From Nannocystis bainbridge (GTDB taxonomy: Bacteria > Myxococcota_A > Polyangia > Nannocystales > Nannocystaceae): DNA of 64,000 nucleotides. Position 1 is the stretch's first letter. Each line of letters starts with the position of its first letter. The translations under genes and the position numbers were made by a program. The notes beneath the pieces are model-generated. The model searched no databases. It was not told the DNA's origin and saw nothing but the letters and a program-made list of their open reading frames with translations. This document shows positions 62,628 through 64,000 of this stretch, in pieces. The stretch is from positions 512,001 through 576,000 of the forward strand of contig NZ_JAQNDL010000003.1 of the NCBI RefSeq assembly GCF_028368995.1, given 5' to 3'.

Positions 62628-63878
62628 TCACGCCGCCGAGCCCCGGCGCCGGCGTGCGAGCAGCCCCAGCGCGGCCAGCCACCACGCACCGACCGGCGCC
62701 GACCCGCGGCAGCCGCAGCCCTCGTCCGTGCCCACGCCCGCGGTCCCGCTCATGCCTGCGCTCGCGTCGGGCGCGCCCGTGACCTCGTCCTCGCCCGTTG
62801 ACGAATCCTCCCCCGTCTCCGCGCTGCCCGAGTCGCCCGCGCTCGAAGTCCCCGTCGAGCTCGGGTCCGCGGGCGGCGGCAACGGCAGCGGGTCGGATGG
62901 CAGCGGCGGCGCCGGGTTGACCGCCAGCACCCGGACCTCGAGCTGATCGTCCGGCGGACCGCCGCCGAGCGGCTCGTCGGCGAACCACGTCGTGCCCTCC
63001 TGCACCAGCGAGAGCGTCTGCGACACCTCGCCCGGGGCCGACGCGCACAGGCGGAACTCGAACCGGCCGACCGCCCCGGGCGCTACCTCGCCGGCGGTCG
63101 CCACCCGCGTCGACGACAGCCACGTGTTCGGGTCATGCAACGGCGACGGCTGATCGCGCGGCGTCGGGGCCAGCCGCGTGTCGCCGTCCCAGCTCGCGTC
63201 GCCGGTGTTGCGCAGATCGATCCACGCCTCGATGCACTCGCCGACGATCAGCAGCACCGGCGGCTGCGAGGCCAGCGGGAACGACTGCCCGACGTACTCG
63301 GCCCGGTAGTCCGGCGTCCCGCACGGCCCGCTCGTCGGCGGCCCGCCGCCCCACCACTCCCAGTGCCAGTCCTCGCTCGGCACCGTCGCCTCGAACCCGA
63401 ACTCGTCGCCGTGCGCCTCGAGCCACCCGAGCACCCCGGCCGCCGCGGTGTTGAGGTCGAGCGCGTGCCCGCTCTGGTGATTGCTGTAACCTGGCTTCGC
63501 GGCCAGGTTGCAGTTGTTGCAATTGCAGTTGATGTAACAGTTGTAGAGGTACTGCTGCTCCGCCATCGTGCGGAACCCGCTGACGACCTTGATGCCGACG
63601 CCGTCGGCCGCGGCCGCCTGCTGCATCGCGTAGAAGGCGTTGGCGGTCTCGACCTCGACCGGCTTGCCGTCGACGGTGACGACCGTGATCGCGTACGGAT
63701 CGCCCTGCACGTAACCGACGTCCTCGTGCTCGTCGCAGTCGATCGCGTACGTCGGCATCAGCGAGCCGTCGAAGTAGACCGGGTCGTCGGGCTCCGGCTC
63801 GTGCGGCCCGGCCCACGCCGGACCCGCGAGCACGATCGAACCGAGCGCGACGCCGACCATCCATGGTGCTTCGTGCAT
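62628..63878 (-). CDS. M15B D-Ala-D-Ala carboxypeptidase with MYXO-CTERM anchor
   Basis: SGFRT, PGYSNHQSGHALD, EDWHW; C-terminal GCGC...ARRRR. Confidence 0.9.
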   Translation of the reverse strand: MHEAPWMVGVALGSIVLAGPAWAGPHEPEPDDPVYFDGSLMPTYAIDCDEHEDVGYVQGDPYAITVVTVDGKPVEVETANAFYAMQQAAAADGVGIKVVSGFRTMAEQQYLYNCYINCNCNNCNLAAKPGYSNHQSGHALDLNTAAAGVLGWLEAHGDEFGFEATVPSEDWHWEWWGGGPPTSGPCGTPDYRAEYVGQSFPLASQPPVLLIVGECIEAWIDLRNTGDASWDGDTRLAPTPRDQPSPLHDPNTWLSSTRVATAGEVAPGAVGRFEFRLCASAPGEVSQTLSLVQEGTTWFADEPLGGGPPDDQLEVRVLAVNPAPPLPSDPLPLPPPADPSSTGTSSAGDSGSAETGEDSSTGEDEVTGAPDASAGMSGTAGVGTDEGCGCRGSAPVGAWWLAALGLLARRRRGSAA

Positions 63879-64000
63879 TTCCGCCCCCTCGTACCGCAAT
63901 TAGCCCCGGTCCCGCGGGCGCGCAAGCCTCGCTTCTCGCCCGCGCGAGCCGGGCGTAACCTCGAGGTCCGTGATCGACACACGCGACGTCGTCCATGCGC

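Overview
High-GC DNA, most likely myxobacterial and Nannocystis-like (inferred from MYXO-CTERM proteins, Ser/Thr-rich Cys lipoproteins and a kinase-ATPase). Bases 1 to ~29.4 kb are an integrated virus-like element whose left end lies outside the window. Its minus-strand early arm encodes a tyrosine integrase with three tandem core-binding-like repeats, a wHTH protein, a sigma-70-like factor and DnaB. Its plus-strand arm encodes membrane proteins, jelly-roll-like beta proteins, LysM and transglycosylase-like proteins, a DdrB-like ParB protein and a CDP-alcohol phosphatidyltransferase. I recognise no terminase, portal, HK97 capsid or tail genes, so this may be a tailless, membrane-containing provirus. 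It also carries a dGTPase cassette, a PD-(D/E)XK nuclease at the window edge, a DnaJ, lipoprotein cargo and a complete IS66. From ~29.4 kb to 64 kb are ordinary host genes plus a DUF262-HipA pair. The most striking unexplained signal is ~30 short arrays of a palindromic GGACATGTCC-like unit whose CATG/CCTG/CAGG cores repeat at exactly 14 bp. They sit just past stop codons and inside CDSs, roughly one per kb of host DNA, and are nearly absent from the element's structural arm. All calls were made by eye; no searches were run.
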